64,000 nt of DNA, from contig NC_068993.1 of NCBI RefSeq assembly GCF_001194135.2, forward strand, positions 3,688,986 through 3,752,985, written 5' to 3'. The translations under genes were made by a program, and so were the position numbers. The stretch comes from Octopus bimaculoides (taxonomy: Eukaryota). The notes below the pieces were generated by a model. That model was given only the letters and a program-made list of their open reading frames with translations, did no database searches and was not told the origin of the DNA. This document shows positions 63,003 through 64,000 of the stretch, piece by piece (within the stretch, counting starts at the first letter, position 1; each line of letters starts with the position of its first letter).

Positions 63003-63399
63003 GTTGGTAAATAGACAAAGAGCAGCAGTAAGAAAGCATGGCCGAATTCATAAGTATTTAATGAGTCACATGCACATAGATTCAGTATACGTGCCAACAT
63101 TACACACATCCATGCACAAACAAGCCTTCACATACACAACCATACATAGTTGCCTGCAGTGTAGTAATTTGTTATTTGAATAATCTCAAACTCTTTACGT
63201 CATCAATAAATCTTCATATCATATTATTTCATGAAATCTTTTACAGCGTGTATATGACATTTTTTTTTTGCTTATATTTTCAATAGCGACATCTTTCATG
63301 TTGCTTTTGAATAGTTTTTTCTTTTAGTACAAGCTGTTCAATAAGTATCCGTCAGAACCCACTGTGGACGAAACTGCAAATATTTAATTAACTCTTTTT

Positions 63400-63770
63400 G
63401 CAATCCTGCCTAGTTTGTGATTGCTTTTTTATCTTTCCGAAGTCGATAAAATTGTACCAAAGAAAGACTTGAGAGTCAATATAGTCAACTATATTCTAAA
63501 CACATATTTATGGCCTTGTGTCTATTTTAGAAGTTAGGACAGCACATTTATAGAACCATTTGATAATTGAGCAAATTCCTTGCGGTCTTTAGTCCCGACT
63601 ATCAATGCTATGAGATCAAATACTGTTGAGGTCATATTTGCCTTTCATATTTACTAATCTTTAAATTGAATTAACAATAAAGTATTTACTGCTAATGTAA
63701 TTAACTTTTCACTCTCTACCAAAACTATTTCTGGCCCCTTTTATATTTTGGAAAGGATTATTGCTATTGT
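63400..63770 (+). mobile_element. two highly diverged SINE family A remnants
   Basis: ATCTTTCCGAAGTCGATAAAATTGTACCA, and GAGATCAAATACTGTTGAGGTCATATTTGCCTTTCAT. Confidence 0.45.
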
Positions 63771-64000
63771 AATTCATAATTTCGATTTAATTGTTATCGT
63801 ATATTTCATTCTACAAGCTAGTGCAGCCTTGTCCCCCATTAGTTTACGCTTCTATTGAATTGGAAGAAATCTTTGATATTTGTCCAGTGCCGTATAACGG
63901 TATTTACTTTGTGTTAACTTTGTTAATATTTTCTAATAAAAAAAAACAAAGGTTTGCTTTGAGCAAAATTAAGACAGCATCATATAGATTAAGCTCCTAA

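Noticed and set aside
2352-63183. Dozens of ORFs rich in YI, TH, CV, SL, RE, poly-K/R/F/S/D/Q or X
   Set aside because: They are translations of microsatellites and N-gaps, not genes.

Overview
AT-rich eukaryotic draft-assembly DNA with about 21 N-gaps, most flanked by (AT)n/(CA)n arrays. It is dominated by microsatellites and tRNA-derived SINEs. The SINE types and microsatellite load are most consistent with an octopod cephalopod (Octopus-like) genome; this is an inference. No host protein-coding gene, rRNA, intact tRNA or CRISPR array can be supported. Almost all ORFs in the supplied track are artefacts of simple repeats, N-gaps or SINEs. Supportable content: (i) at least three SINE families (labelled A, B, C here), including a nested SINE-in-SINE and an internally deleted copy; (ii) decayed non-LTR retrotransposon fragments readable by manual translation through stops and frameshifts, chiefly R4/Dong-like pieces at about 15.0-17.0 kb and 41.2-42.2 kb plus smaller pieces, and one HERO/R2-group-like piece; (iii) two hAT/Charlie-type MITEs, one with a near-perfect 8-bp TSD; (iv) a possible piggyBac transposase remnant; (v) a few splice-signal-flanked candidate exons that do not chain into a gene model. 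The most interesting signal is a pair of hammerhead-ribozyme-like motifs resembling the minimal type I hammerheads of Penelope-like elements, at 53726-53771 (+) and 37525-37614 (-). The first is preceded by a second, core-degenerate hammerhead-shaped fold. No previously undescribed system is firmly established; these motifs are the best lead.
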